This document shows, piece after piece, positions 25,620 to 39,525 of a stretch of 64,000 nt of DNA. The DNA is taken from the NCBI GenBank assembly GCA_000320545.1, contig ADNK01001573.1:1-64000 (forward strand), given 5' to 3'. The notes beneath the pieces were generated by a model. That model had not been told where the DNA came from, did not search any database, and worked only from the letters and a program-made list of their open reading frames with translations. Within the stretch, counting starts at the first letter, position 1. Every line of letters starts with the position of its first letter. This DNA is from Bigelowiella natans CCMP2755 (Eukaryota; Protista; Cercozoa). The position numbers and the translations under genes are program-made.

Positions 25620-26834
25620 TATACAAAGAATGGACAGTATTCCTTGCTACTGCCATTTGTAAGCGTCTTTGGAAAGAGGTAGTAGTAGTTAGTAGTAGTA
25701 GTAGGATGCTCACATGCTAGTTGATGTGAAATAGAGATGAACAAGAAGTATGAGAAAGGAGAAAGAAGGGAGACCAAAGGAACAAATGATGGCTGCTTGA
25801 TGCCTACATAAAATGAAAGGAAGAAGAAACAAGAGAATAATCTTTTTGATCATACTATTTACATGCACAGATGCACACACACACACATACTACTACTACA
25901 ACTACTGCTGTTATCACTCAATGCTGCAGGAAATCTTAGTTGGCAAGAATCATTTTTACCAGTTGAGTATTGTTTAGTGTATTATCGTATTATTATTATT
26001 ATAAGTAGTAGTAGTAGTTACAGTTGTGGATGAACAATAGTGCTGCTTGTTTGCAAACAAGTACAAAATAAAGTACTCTACAAGCTTTAGACAACGTCTG
26101 ATGCAGTGCGTATTGTTACAACATGGTTCACTTATTTACTTGTCAATTGCTTTTCATTTCTTAATTGTGGTCATCATAAGCACTTTTGCGTATTGCTATC
26201 TTCTTCGTTCTTACTTTATTGGATGATTTAATATACTACTGGATACATCTGATGTTAACAGATTCTTACTTTGTTGGATAATTTAATGTAATGCTGGACA
26301 CATCTGATGTTAAACAGATTCGAAAACGACACACGTGTCTACGCTCTCAGAAACGATTTCCTAACCGATAATCGCTCTGTATGTATTGATACTACTAGAG
26401 GCTATATCAATATCAATATAGATATTCCAAAATATTCATCATTTTCTCATGCATGAGGAAAAAGAAGCTGCTTGTGATGTGATGTGCCTCCTCTATCTTT
26501 CATCCTTTTATTTGTCGTAGGAAGTGTTCGTGTATTATTATGTTAGCAGCAAGTTCCTAACAACAGTGCTTCTTCTTCTTCTTCTTCTGATCTTACTCCT
26601 CCTACTACCACCACATCTAACAGGTGTTTTTCCTCAAAGCTTTGCTTCCAACCTATGGTGAAGATGTTCCTATAGGGGTATAAAGAAGTACTAGTAGTAG
26701 TACCACTAGTAGCAGCAGTAGTAGTAGTTCCAACCTATGATGAAGATGTTCCTATAGGGGTATAAAGAAGTACTACTAGTAGTAATCATTATTATCAATA
26801 TTATCGGTGTGTGGATAAATAGATAGATACCAAG

Positions 26835-26874
<40 letters not shown>

Positions 26875-27507
26875 TAGAGGGGGGGGGGAAGAGGGAAAGT
26901 GAGATAGGTAGAGAGCTTGCAAATAGTACCATCGGTAAATCTAACAACTTGAAGCAGTACTACTATAAACAGTTGATAAATGGTACACGTGGCATGGTGT
27001 GTGAATAGGTGTTAACGGTGAGGATTATATCTGCGACAAATGTCCCAAAATTGGATATTTTAAGCGAGTCCGACCCATATGTGCGGCTTTTCATTGGGGC
27101 GGATGATAGCAAGGAGAAGGTTAATTGTTTCACACGCCATCGACGAAAAAGGCACATATCATCATCATCATCATCATTATGATCATAAAACCTACTAATC
27201 AACTGTTTGTTGTAGGGTCGTAACACAAGGACTATAATGAATTGTCCAAATCCTGTGTGGAATGAGTCTTTTACATTTAAGGTAAGAGTTAGTAGATGCT
27301 TGGAAGTTACAGAGCATCAATAGTAGCACCATAGGTTATTTCCTCCTACTTATTCTCTTGGTTGATGATTCATATTATTTTGTTTTCCCGTCATCATCAG
27401 ATTGTGAATGCAACTTCCTCACTACGGTTCTCTATAGCTACTTGCTTTAGTATCATTTCTCTCTTTTTTCCTTTCCTACTAATAATGAGCAATAGTCTCA
27501 TAGTAAG

Positions 27508-27538
<31 letters not shown>

Positions 27539-27823
27539 GCTATCATTACTGCTGCTGCAGAACAGTTGAGCAGCTGCATAATAAATGAAGAAAATATGCA
27601 AATAAATATGGTGATTCACACACACACTCATTGCTCCCCCCCCCCCTATCAGAATTCAATTATGGGATCACGATACAATATCAGCAGATGAGCTTATAGG
27701 CACTTCATCCATTCCTTTAGTTTCTCTTCCAAACGGCATCAAGGTTACTTTATGTCTTCTCAATGGAGTCAAAAATAGTATAGATTGTAGCTGTGTGCAT
27801 ATTGTAGTATCATATGATGATTG

Positions 27824-27854
<31 letters not shown>

Positions 27855-28456
27855 TCAGATCAGAAAACTACTAAAATTGAAGCTCTCGGGAAATTGTGTG
27901 AAACAAAACAATAACAACAACAATGATATGGCAGTAAATACAAGGCAATCAGCAGCGGAAACAAGCACGACGATGACAACAACAGGAGCATCAACAACAA
28001 CTCAGAACGAAGAAATGAAGACGCATCATCATCATCATAAAGAGAAGAATAGTGTATGGATGAACAAACGGGAAAGCAGGACGATAAGTGATATCTTAGA
28101 CGAACAGAACCAGAAACAGAAAGCACAAGCCAGTACACCTCCAACATTAACGATAGAGCTCATGTATTCATTTTCCCATTTGGGAGAACTTGCCAGCTTT
28201 TTGAACCCCCAGACGTACGTAAGCAGCAGCAGCAGCAGCAGCAAGTGCAGTCATAGAAGTAGTAGTAGTAGTAGTTGTTGTTGTTGTTTAGTAGTTGTTA
28301 GGATCCTGGAATTAGTGAAAATAGTAGTAGATCGTAGTAGCACGCCGAGAAGAGGCTAAAGAGATGATATTAACAACGATATAACAATAACAATAACAAT
28401 AACAATACTAGTAATTGTAACAGAAAGTCTAGCGATTGAGACACTATCGGCACCCT

Positions 28457-28496
<40 letters not shown>

Positions 28497-29177
28497 ATGT
28501 AATTATTAATAATACACCAATGATCGAAGGGAAGAGTGGGAATACGAGGACCTAGCCATGAATACTTTGTACAATGAGCTCATGGACCTTTTGGTAAACA
28601 ATGTTCAGTACTATTTTAGTAGCGACAAACCTCTCTCCCTGAAATAGAACAACAGAATTAGTAGTAGTATCATCTCCTGATTTATTTCCTCTTGCTGTTC
28701 CTGCTATATATTCTTAGTTTATTTCCTCTTACTGTTACTACTGTTGCTGCTGCTACATATTCTTGGTTTATATTGGTTTATTTCCTCTTACTGTTACGAC
28801 TGTTGCTGCTGCTACATATTCTTGGTTTATATTGGTTTATTTCCTCTTACTGTTACTACTGTTGCTGCTGCTACATATTCTTGGTTTATATTGGTTTATT
28901 TCCTCTTACTGTTACTACTGTTGCTGCTGCTACATATTCTTGGTTTATATTGGTTTATATATCAAGCCTATCATCGATTTTCTCTACAATATCTATAGCA
29001 CACTAGGTATTATCTTTCTTATATCTTTCTCGTGAGCGTATGCTTCCGTATTTGAGATATTTATCTATCTTCTTCTTCTTCTTCTTCTTCTTCTTCTTCT
29101 CCATGGATCGTGTGTATGGCAAGAAGGAGAAGAAGAAGAAGAAGGAGAAACATCGATTTCTTGTAGTTCTTTGTTCC

Positions 29178-29213
<36 letters not shown>

Positions 29214-29413
29214 ATAGTAGTAATTAGTAAAATTTATTATAATCACAGAATAATTAACATATCAAACACACTCGTACACACAAATAATATAAAATTTAAC
29301 ACTGCGTTATTTCCACTCGAATACTTTTATAATACTCACCTATTTCTTTCTTGTTGTTTGGTTATTGGTTCTGTACTTCCCTCTCCTTTCTCTTCTTTTC
29401 TTCTTCTTCTTCT

Positions 29414-29444
<31 letters not shown>

Positions 29445-29743
29445 GTTCTTCTTTCTCATCCTTTTCTTCTCGACGTACGACTGAAGCTTGGGAACATCCT
29501 CTCTGGTCTGGGCAGGTAAAGTAGTAGTAATTTATAATAAGAATACCATTGATAATATACCGTCTACGAAGGAGGAGAAGGAAGAAGACATTTGAGAGTA
29601 TTGCAAACATATATAATTCTGGTAATACATTTGTTCAACATGACAGGTTTTCATCGTTGGAAGCATTTGTTGTTTGCATGGGTGAGTTGGAATTTTTTAT
29701 GGAATAATGACACACCAACTTAGATAGTTGCTGAGTGGTAGTA

Positions 29744-29780
<37 letters not shown>

Positions 29781-30183
29781 GTGTACTTAATCTGACTGTG
29801 TCACAACGGAGCAGCGACGTCAAATTGAATATAAGATTCGAATATTTTCTACTGGTGTAAAAAAATATGGATAAATTCTGATCTATCAATGATTCTACTG
29901 ATCATTATTCGGTTGTTGCTCACACCCTAAGTACCATCATCTATTTTGGCCAACCTATCCTTGCAGATGGTTGGTGTTGATTCTCATTGAGGCGTGGCTT
30001 GTCCGCTACATCCTCATCAAATATCTTCAAAAAAAGGCAAAATTATCATCTCCTAAGGTTGAACGATAACAAGTAACATATTGATTATTAATTTTATAAG
30101 AAGTTAATGAAAAACGGGATGTGGGGTCGATAGCAGTAGAAGAAGATGGAAATACAAAATAGGCAGAACATATGTATATATAT

Positions 30184-30217
<34 letters not shown>

Positions 30218-30632
30218 TGTGTGTGCATGGATACTTATGTCTGTAATCTTATCAGCATCAACTTGAAATGGAATTGAAGGGTAATAAAATGAAGTAGTTT
30301 TTAGTGAGAACAATAGCAGCAAGTGTAGGGAAGATGAGGAGGAGGATGGGGAGCTAGCAATAATGTTGAAAAATAATAGTAGTAACGATAAAGACGTGAT
30401 GATAGTGGTGATATTCTTTCTTTTTATTCTCCATCAGAAGAGGATCGACATGGAAGTTTAGGGGCGCTAAGTGGACCTTTATATGCTTTCATCCATTCAT
30501 CTGGATATCATGATTCATGTAGTAGTAGCTAAGGAGGAGAAGGCATTTATATGATTTCAAATACATCTAGATATCTTGGTTTATGTAGTAGTACTATAGC
30601 AGGAACAGTAATGGTATCATGGGATATATTAC

Positions 30633-30671
<39 letters not shown>

Positions 30672-30707
30672 GTGTGTGTGTGTCCATCATTATTCACCAC
30701 TTACGTT

Positions 30708-30763
<56 letters not shown>

Positions 30764-32238
30764 CAATGACCTTTACAGGTTCCCGATTGCAAAATAGACT
30801 TGTTGATGCCAACTACATTTTTAATTCCTTGTATGGGTATGTACTTACTACGATGATGATAATTGCTGCAAAAAGGAGAAGAAGAGGGAGAAGAAGAGAG
30901 ACTGAGAAAAGCAACTGTGTAAAAATAACACACACCCATTTGGGATTTCTTTCTACATAAAAAAAAGGAATTTTTGCGCAACTTTGTTTAGTAATAACAA
31001 CAACAGTAATAGTAATAGTGATAAGAAGAAGAAAAAAGTGAAGAGGGGGATAAACATACAATGATGAATTCGGCTATTGAAGTAGCCTTAATAGTTCTGT
31101 AGATAGGTATCAACCCCATCCACACACACACACACACACACTCACTCATGATGATGATATATTAACACATTCAGATCTTTTGACTGGTCTACGAATGTGA
31201 CTGAAAGTTTGCTGAAACTACTAATTGTTGCAATATTACTTACTCTTGGTGTTCCATCGAAGTACATTACTCTGGTAGATTGTGTAGTAGTAGATGCATG
31301 AAAATAAAAAATATTCTATCTGAGAGCATATTCCCCCTCTTTTCGTTGTCTTGTCTCTGTTTATACATATGCACATGTGCTCGTGTTGAGTAGCTTATTG
31401 CCGATAAAATGGTGCCGAATTTGGTTATCAACGATAAGATGTAAAGTAGCTGATGGTTGAACAAATCACCGTTTGCAATATATAGTAGCATTTTCTTTCT
31501 TTTATTATAACTACATTATTTTAGGTGATATTTTTATATTTGATGCTAATGAGAACCACCGCCTGGGGTTTCTTCATGAAACTCATCTCGTAAGTTCTTC
31601 ATTGTGCATGCCTTCTTGAAAAGAAGCCACAAAAAATGGAAAAGGAAGTGAAAACATAGCGTCATACCCATGCCTAGCGCCCTACTTATTTCTGGTCGTT
31701 TCTTAATGTAGCTTCTTTGTTCACGTCCTAACTTCACATAAGCAACGGCATATCAACCAAGAAGGTATGAAGAAGATATAATAAGTAAAAATGAAGTCAT
31801 TTTATCTGAACAATAAATTCATTTTGTTAATTATTTATCGTTTGACTTTTTGTCTAGGGAAAAGAATTCCATCAATATTGAAAGCTAATAGACATAGCCA
31901 TGAGGTACTGGGTTATGGAGAGAAAGGCGAGAGAAGAATTAGATTGAATGCCTTTGGTCAAACAACACTAAGGCGGGTTATATTTCGGGAACATAGTGAA
32001 AAAGGCTATACCTGAATGGGGAAAAATCTCACAAATAGTTCGTAAAAAAAACATTTTTCTCATTGGATATCAGCGACTCTCACATTGTCTTGGAAAAAGT
32101 AATCATTTTTTCTCCATTAAAATTTCTCAGCTAACAAATACGCGACGAACCAGTGGTTCGGAAAGATTAGAGAAAATCGGTGTATCAAAGAGATCTTCTA
32201 AGATGTCTAGTAATTTGCACAAAGTCAACATCTTTTAA
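22461..32238 (+). CDS. C2-domain + C-terminal transmembrane (MCTP/PRT_C-like) protein with putative N-terminal PX and DEP domains, multi-exon
   Basis: C2: VLTVRIISATNVPKLDILSESDPYVRLFIG / RTIMNCPNPVWNESFTF / IQLWDHDTISADELIGTSSIPL (about 27009-27743). MCTP-like tail: WEHPLWS, WLVLILIEAWLVRYIL, RLQNRL..IFNSL / SFDWS..LLIVAILLTL. PX-like: TTFTIEVTCNCLSWK/VERKKADIVYL..VRCRGLELLL. DEP-like: FTGQQLVQYI..AICKRLW..FENDTRVY. Stop at 32238. Confidence 0.75.
28719..28958. repeat. Intronic minisatellite, 59 bp x4
   Basis: TTATTTCCTCTTACTGTTACTACTGTTGCTGCTGCTACATATTCTTGGTTTATATTGGT at 28719, 28778, 28837 and 28896. Confidence 0.9.
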
Positions 32239-32424
32239 TGATGGCATACCAGTTCTGCGTCATACACCTAGTTTGATTTGGATTTTTTGGGTCATTTTTG
32301 TCATCGACTGCGAAACATGTTTACTCCGAACTTCTTTCTCTCGACACAATTTACGGCTGATAGCTGACATCAACGTGTGCTCATTCAGAAGAAGATGATC
32401 GGAAGCACACGTAGCAAACTGCTA

Positions 32425-33900
32425 AACACTGTCGAGAGCAATCGCGGGTTGCAAGAGCAAAACAAGTGACATGAAGAAATCACAAACATTTCCTCTGATC
32501 ACAGTCGGTTCAAAGTCAAGCAGAAGCGGTGGTGATGCAAGATCACTTGAAATTTTTTTGCAGCACCATTGTCTGTGTGCACAAAATGATCATCGCACAT
32601 GTGTCGCTTGCTCAGTGCTGGTTCACAAGCTGCACAAAGGCGCATCAGGCTAGCAGGCAATCACGCACGTGCGCAGTTGCAACGACATTGCATGGCCTTT
32701 CATCAGTTGCAATGACAACCCATGCTCTGGAGCTCTGGAGCTAGCTCGCTGGACAGTGCCGCCACGTCGTGTGTGGTGGTGAATGGCGAGCGACGCAGTG
32801 CACGTGGTTCTCGCTCGAAGAATTGGTGCGTGCGCGCTTGTCTCTCGATCGCCAAGTCGTGCGTGATCAACGATTCAGCCCACACTCACAAACGTCATTG
32901 GACATCGACAAACAGTGATTTGAACCAGCGTCACGCATTGCATCGAGTTGGCCGCATTGAATTGCGTTGCGAAGGCGGGTGCGCGTTGTCGATCGTGCAG
33001 GCTCTGGGACTGCCTCTGAACCTGTGCTTGCCATGCAGCTCGCACTTGCTGCATGCCAGTGCTGGCTCCTGCTAGCGTGTGTGCGCACGGAAAGCCTGGC
33101 AACAATTGCACTCGTCAAACTTTGACGTCGCATCGTTCTAGCGTTGTGCTTTCTAGCTTTGGCAGTTCGAGCCGTGCGCACGTCCAGACGCCGGACAGGT
33201 GCCCAGAGCTGAGCATGATTGCGATGCAATCACATGGTTGCCGGCAGCGCTTCCCAGCTAGCCAGAGTTGGCAATGTGTTCGTGTGATCCAGTGATTCCG
33301 GACAGGGCTAGAGAGCTCCAGAGCTCCAGCTAGCAAGAGCTGTGCGACCAATTGGACACGTCAATGCTGACAGTGCACACAGACGGACACCAGCACAGTC
33401 AGATGGTCAGTGCTCAGGTTGGTTGGTCACTTGTTTGGTCGCGTCCTTGACTGCTCAACCGTGTTCACTCAGCACACGACACGCAGGTGCGTCCAGGGGT
33501 GCCATTGAACTGATCGAGCACTGATTTCACTGAGCATCGAACATTGCTGGATTGATCGAACATTGAGCGTTGAAAAAAAGAACAAAAGAAAGAAACTTGA
33601 TGATCGACCACACTCCCAAGCTGTCACGTGACACTCACAAAGTGCGAAGCGTTGAACACTGAACGTTGAACATCACGGCATTGGTGCAATCACCTGCGTG
33701 CGTGCTCAAGAAACATTGAGCATTGAACATCGCTGTGACGTCCTGAAATGAACGAACAAAAGGACAATGAACAATGATGACAAAGTGATGAACTGCTGCA
33801 CGATGATCCACGTGCGGATCCGAGGGACCACCCAGCAAAACTTCAGTTTTGGCAGAGTCAATTGGGCAGAGTCAGAAGCATCATGTTGGCAAAACAATGT
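32425..33900. mobile_element. TpA-depleted intergenic block, probably decayed repeat/transposon DNA
   Basis: 8 TpA in about 1475 bp, all within CTAG. Contains a converted copy of the (GTTA)n element at 33417-33452 and short AACATTG/TTGAAC repeats at 33500-33730. Confidence 0.6.
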
Positions 33901-33921
33901 AGGCAAGAACCACATGGGAGC

Positions 33922-33954
<33 letters not shown>

Positions 33955-33980
33955 AACAACAATGACAAAACATTTGGCAT

Positions 33981-34028
33981 GTTAGTTAGTTAGTTAGTTA
34001 GTTAGTCATTCTGTTCGCGCCCTTGACT
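33981..34028. repeat. Dispersed element end: (GTTA)n + TTCTGTTCGCGCCCTTGACT, copy 2
   Basis: Core identical to 11951-11970. The last GTTA unit reads GTCA. Confidence 0.85.
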
Positions 34029-34251
34029 TCCCAGCTATGTTGTTACACCGAAGTGATTTTCATAGTGGATGTTGTCTTATAACGGACATTGCGAAAGTCA
34101 AAACTTGCATGGCAAAACATAGCAAAATTTATGACTTATAAGACTAATAAACTTTTTCCTTTTTATTAGGTTTGAGGCTCTTTTTTTTTTTTTTTGCATT
34201 GTTGGTTACAATGTATGCCGCTTTTGTCCTAAAAGGGATTCGTGAATTGCC

Positions 34252-34299
<48 letters not shown>

Positions 34300-34778
34300 G
34301 GTAACGACAGATAACAACGACATCTCTATCTCTAGATCTCCACCACCACCAGACAGACAACACTACAACAAGGAGAGAGGGAGGCATAAGAACAAGACCA
34401 AAAACAACAATGCGAAACCACTCATCAATCACTCCGCTTTGAAATGGTTGCCTAGGCAACTAACAATACCTAGTCCGAGGTAGAAATGTAAGAAGAAGAT
34501 GATGGGAGAATAGACGAGACATAGGAGGGGTGTTTGCGAAAGATTGTTCCATGCCGTGAGATGTCTTTTGCCAGGCTCCTTGATGCGTACATTATCTCTT
34601 TTAAATTATATCTTCCGTTGTTCGCACTAATGCCAAGCCCTTGCATGTGAAATGTAGTTCTCTGAATATACTTTTGCGATTATTGTTTTCACAGCTTCTG
34701 CGAACAAACAATCAGGTACCTGCTGCCTTTAATTGACAAGCAGAACCGGCATCCTTCATCAAGACTGACTCTACTGAG

Positions 34779-35693
34779 ATGACTTACATATTGTGGAGAA
34801 AGGAGAAAGCACCTAAAGCAGTATCATTCTTTCTCACCGAAGATAGGAGTTGTCGCTGCAGGACTGCTGCAATAGCTACATTCATCATTGCAATGTTATC
34901 TCTAGCTGCTAATAACACGAGGAGCAGCACGAGAAACTCATCACCATTATCAGTACCTCTATCACTCCACACCACTCTTTCCCCACTGATGCCAAGGCTT
35001 GAAGAAAACAATTGCTACCGCAGTAGCATCAAGGGAGGGGGATATAGTAATACTATGAGCCGCAGGGGTACTTGTTCCTCCTCCTCCTCCTCTTCCATCA
35101 TTGGCTTGATCGGTGGGTATAAAGGCAAGGACACCATTTTGCATAAAAAGCAAGCTAAACTTCCAAAGAGTAAGAGAATTGGTGCAAGATTTCGCTACCG
35201 CGTGAAAGTCAGGTTGAGAAGAATGATAATTGCATTGATGCTACTAACCACCACTGACTCGAAGCATACAAAGCATTATTATCAGTATGATTCACACAAG
35301 TTTAACTTGATAGACAAATGTGGACAAAGAAAGGACACAAGAAGATCTACAAAGCTAGGCATCATAGGCCGCTGAAGTATGAGCACATACTACATAGTCC
35401 TGTGTGTGGACAATGGTGTCATCGTAGTATTATAAATCTACATAGCAGAATATTACTTCTTATTTCTGGTTTGTGACTGATTTTCTTGAGGTACTACAAA
35501 CTGTTATTTGGGGAACAACCCTGTTATATCAGTATTCACAAAACAAATATCATAATTCATTTCACCATTCGGTGACCTGACGAAAAATGATGTTTCAAGG
35601 TTCAAAACACATGGTGATGGGGAGTTCCGTAGCGATCGTATTCGCAATCAGGCGAAGAGGGTAGCAGCGGGGAAAGGGAAGATGATCTATTAA
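34779..35693 (+). CDS. Basic (K/R-rich) protein with hydrophobic signal segment and S/T/R-rich transit-like leader; function unknown
   Basis: AAIATFIIAMLSLAA followed by an S/T/R-rich stretch, then GLIGGYKGKDTILHKKQAKLPKSKRIGARFRYRVK / QMWTKKGHKKIYKARHHRPLK / FKTHGDGEFRSDRIRNQAKRVAAGKGKMIY*. Upstream exons at 34213-34720 may belong to it. Confidence 0.55.
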
Positions 35694-36889
35694 GATTCTA
35701 AAAAAGAGATAGATGTTCGTTCATATTGGTTGATCGTGCACACATGCCACCTAAGTCACCGAACAAATGCTGTCGGCATGTGATATAGGCACGCTCATGC
35801 TTTTTAGATTTATACAACAATTATAATTGTAATTGCATGCGTCAGCGGCATGCAGCAGTCATCACTTGAGTCCGCTCATCTGCGTATCATCAACGACGAC
35901 AAATGTGAGAAAATCAAGACATTTAAGAACGTGCGCATGCCGTGCTAGCTTGATGACGCAAGATTCGTGTTCTCACGTATGCATATGTGACAGAGTCTAT
36001 TCGAAAGAGCACTAGAGCGATGCAATCTATCCTTCCATGTCTGATGTGTTGCGTTGCATCTAGTAGTAGCTGTGCAATGTTGAATGACTCTACTAGTCAC
36101 ATGCACTGCTTGCTGCATCATGCTGCGCGAAGCGCATGCACATCCATACATGGAAAAGGCCAGCATTTGCCTAGCTAGCTGCACGTGCGTGGTCGGCCGG
36201 CATGTCGTGCAGCTAGATGCGCATGTAGACCTCATCATGTGCCATTTCGTACGTCTATCTAGTATCTATTAGACATGTGACAAGTGACAACTCATGCATG
36301 CACGGCGCCTGCAATGTTGCAAGTGCTAGAGTAGACCACATTATGCGACAAGTGTGTCTCCGCAATAAATGTTATAAGCTACTGATTTTTCGCCGTTGGA
36401 GAGATGCCTAGCTGTGCACACATGGAGTACGAGCATGCTAGCAGTAGCATGCGCAAGCAATACAGCCCCGATTTCTAATTTGACCATGTGAATACACATG
36501 CATGTGTACACATGTAAATGTGCATAATGTGTACGTTGCGATGCGATTGGTGCCTTTCGATCGTCAAAGTGCTCTAGTGCTAACTAAGCAAACCAAGCTC
36601 GGAATCCGTACAACTCCAACAACAACGCATCTATGAGATTGGCGCATGCCTGCACATTTGTTGTTCATGATCGAACCAAGAAGATTCTAAAACTTATTGT
36701 CGAGGAAACATACAGAGCTAGATAGCCAAAGTGTTCAAATATATGAAGTTTAGTCATGAGGAATTACATCAGCATGTTCTATTTGATCGCTGCGAGCACC
36801 ATAATTCGCACCTTGCTTTCCGTCCTTTTGTCTATTGCAAGCAAGAAAACAATTATGAGCTATCACCAATCCCGTCGACGACGTATTCA

Positions 36890-38193
36890 TCAGTGCGTAA
36901 CACAAGCAGTAGTTGACAACACAGTTTGATAGTATGGTACAAACCCATCTTCCAGAAGAGAGGATCTTCGTTCAACAGAGGGTGAAACTGATTCACCGGA
37001 TTGGGAAGCAACAACTTTCTTTACTCTAAAATAAAAATAGTGGTAGATGATAGAGAAGAGTTATCGACAACAACAGACAAAGAAACGGTGCAATCTTTGA
37101 GAGTATTGATTGTAAATGTTTACAACTTTCATTGTCTTGCTCATGATAACGATCATTCATTTTCACCACAATCGTTTGTTATCGTTGTTGTTTATTATCT
37201 ACTGCGTACAAAAGCATGAGCTGCGATCCAATAAGGCAGCCAAAGCACCACAACTGAATAATGAACAATTAGTAAATAGGGGGTGAGTGTGCTAGTAGCA
37301 ACAACAGCGATCAGCACACAAGTGAGATGCTAATGTCGAAGGAACTAGTTACTAATTACAACGATGGCTATTATACTACTAGCACCATCATCATCACTAT
37401 CTAGTGATCCTACAACTACTGCTACTACTACTACTACTAATAATAATAATTTGCAGCAGTACTCATCGGATAACGTAAAACAGCAGCAACGTTCCAACAC
37501 AAGTGTTACAATCTCTATCATTATTACTACTGCTGCTATTCTGAATACACATTTAGAACTACCACAAGATGAATGAATGGCAACAAGTGCTACCAGCAAT
37601 TATTTTCTTGGTTATTTAGTTTGAACATACTTACCAGCATTGACATGCCGTAGGGACCAGCTATGCCAACAAGCCTTCGTCAGTAGTATTCATATCACAT
37701 ACAACACATACAACACAAACAACACCAACACTACTGTGAGGAATAGTCTCTTCCTCCTCCTCCTCCTCCTCCTCCTCCTTTTCCTCCTCACAGCAAAACG
37801 GAGAGTACCACCATCATCACCACCACCACCACCACCCACTTTAAGCTGCAACAGTAGCATAGTCGCCATTATAATTTTAGTCACAATCATCATCATCATC
37901 ATCATCATCATCAACAACACTACAATCTCACTCTGTGTATCTTTGCTATCCTGCTTCTTCTTCTTCTTCCTCTTATTATTATCATCATTATGATTATTAT
38001 TATTATCTATACCCAGGTCCTGGACAAACACCGCCCACTCCCCATCCAACTCCAAACAATACCCCTGACAAGTAACATGTAGAACTGCAATTACCCATCT
38101 TGTTCTAAACTGACTCATAAGTAGTAGTAGTAATAGTATTATTAGCAGCAGGTATAGAAGTACCATCAGCATGCATGTTCTATACTGACTCAT

Positions 38194-38226
<33 letters not shown>

Positions 38227-38314
38227 CAGTAGTAATAGTAGCTCTAAGTAACACAAAACCGCCATCAGCACTACTTCCTTCCACAATGCCTTCACGCAAG
38301 CAAGCAAGCACACG

Positions 38315-38351
<37 letters not shown>

Positions 38352-38760
38352 CCTACGATGACATTTAGATCAATAGCGGTGCTAGTAGGGAGATCCCACT
38401 AAGATGATAGAAAATAGATCATTTGCCGCCGTTACAACCAACATATCAACCAAACAACAAGAATTGCCGATAATATCAAACTGCTGCATGCACACAAAAT
38501 TAAAGAAATTTTTAGAGTATTGTATCAGTGACGTAATGTGTGTGCGCGCGCGCACGCGCGTGTGTGTGTGAAATCGTTAAATGTCATTATGATGCATTAA
38601 AACCAGCGGTGTGTTATAATAAAGATTATGTTGTCCTTCTCCTCTTGCCCTAATTGATGAATGAACACACCAACCACCTTTTGGCAGAGGATAGGCTTGC
38701 GCCATTTCATGATGATTGGCCATGCCAACTATCAACAATCAACAATCAAGGAGGGAGGAG

Positions 38761-38812
<52 letters not shown>

Positions 38813-39026
38813 AGGGAAAATTTGACCATAGGTAAACCACTTTTGTTCTCAAAGGATGCGCGAAGAAACATAGAAATTCAAAACGACAAAAGCATGATCT
38901 CTGATGTTATCATTACAATGTTAACTGCGAGACCTCCACCCAGTACAAATGCAAGGGATGGATCCCAGTGTCTGATGATATTATAGTTTTTCTTTTGATT
39001 AGAATTGATGATTCGTCTCTATACTG

Positions 39027-39063
<37 letters not shown>

Positions 39064-39411
39064 CACTGCTGCTACTACTACCATTACTACAAAGTACCAC
39101 CTAATTATAAGATATAATACGACATATGTACTATAGGATGGCCCTCACTATCATTTGTGTTACACTTGAAGAAGAAGAAGAAGAAGAAGAAGAAGAAGAA
39201 GAAGAAGCAGCTTTTGGTAGTAATTATACTGTTAATTTGATTCTTGTTATCTTTATTCTTACATGAATCTTCTTACTATTATTTTTCAGACGTGTGACTT
39301 TGTTTACTTATTAAGTGCCAAGAAGGAGTGCACTTTTGTAGGTCTAACCTATAGTAGTAGCAGCAGCAGCAGCAGCAAGTTAATAGTAGTAAATAATGTT
39401 AGGAAGGTGGT

Positions 39412-39445
<34 letters not shown>

Positions 39446-39490
39446 AATCTTCTGCCTCTTCTTTCAACAACCACCAATATGACAATTATA

Positions 39491-39525
<35 letters not shown>

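Noticed and set aside
28692-29035. Regular repeats that could be mistaken for a CRISPR array or repeat protein
   Set aside because: Head-to-tail 59-bp minisatellite with no unique spacers, inside a eukaryotic intron.
32471-33985. Dense overlapping C/H/A-rich ORFs on both strands (also 34-704)
   Set aside because: An artefact of TpA loss, which removes TAA/TAG stops and Tyr codons. No recognisable transposase or RT motifs.
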